Source: Zootoca vivipara (Eukaryota). From it: DNA of 64,000 bases. A model generated the notes under the pieces. The model saw only the letters and a program-made list of their open reading frames with translations, was not told the DNA's origin and made no database searches. Below are positions 63,760 to 64,000 of the stretch, piece by piece. A program made the position numbers and the translations under genes. The DNA lies in the NCBI RefSeq assembly GCF_963506605.1, contig NC_083276.1, positions 82,336,001-82,400,000 of the forward strand. Reading direction: 5' to 3'. The number at the start of each line of letters is the position of its first letter. Positions within the stretch are counted from its first letter, which is position 1.

Positions 63760-64000
63760 TTGGGGCGCTGTGGGTTAAACCACTGAGCCTAGGGCTTGCC
63801 GATCAGAAGGTCGGTGGTTCGAATCCCCGTGACGGGGTGAGCTCCCGTTGCTCGGTCCCGGCTCCTGCAAACCTAGCAGTTCAAAAGCACGTCAAAGTGC
63901 AAGTAGATAAATACAGCGGGAAGGTAAACGGTGTTTCCGTGTGCTGCTCTGGTTTTTGTCATGCTGGCCACATGATCTGGAAGCTGTACGCCGGCTCCCT
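63760..64000 (+). mobile_element. Sauria-type SINE, runs off the window
   Basis: Matches the head and body of 26187. Confidence 0.88.

Overview
Vertebrate genomic DNA, almost certainly a squamate and probably a lacertid lizard (inferred from Sauria-type SINEs with ACCTTT tails, RTE-BovB, and squamate-type L1/L2/CR1). The window is part of an olfactory receptor (OR) cluster with ten single-coding-exon class II ORs. Nine are intact. One is split by a young TA-flanked MITE whose core is a tandem array of long hairpins. The ORs comprise two paralog pairs, a divergent head-to-head pair, a recent ~4-kb tandem triplet and a singleton. Intergenic DNA is dense with L1, L2, CR1, BovB, SINEs, hAT and Tc1/mariner-type MITEs; many have readable target-site duplications (TSDs). 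There is one 165-N gap. I see no novel multi-gene system. The most unusual structures are: (i) the 143-bp double-hairpin-array MITE knocking out an otherwise intact OR; (ii) a 690-bp one-LTR Gypsy element whose missing second end is replaced by an inverted U5 copy, flanked by a TSD; (iii) an apparently chimeric middle gene in the OR triplet; (iv) an orphan duplicate of the divergent OR intergenic region; (v) an L1 whose RT catalytic DD appears replaced by a local templated duplication; (vi) a double-tailed BovB insertion. All coordinates were read by eye, and family names come from recognition, not database searches.
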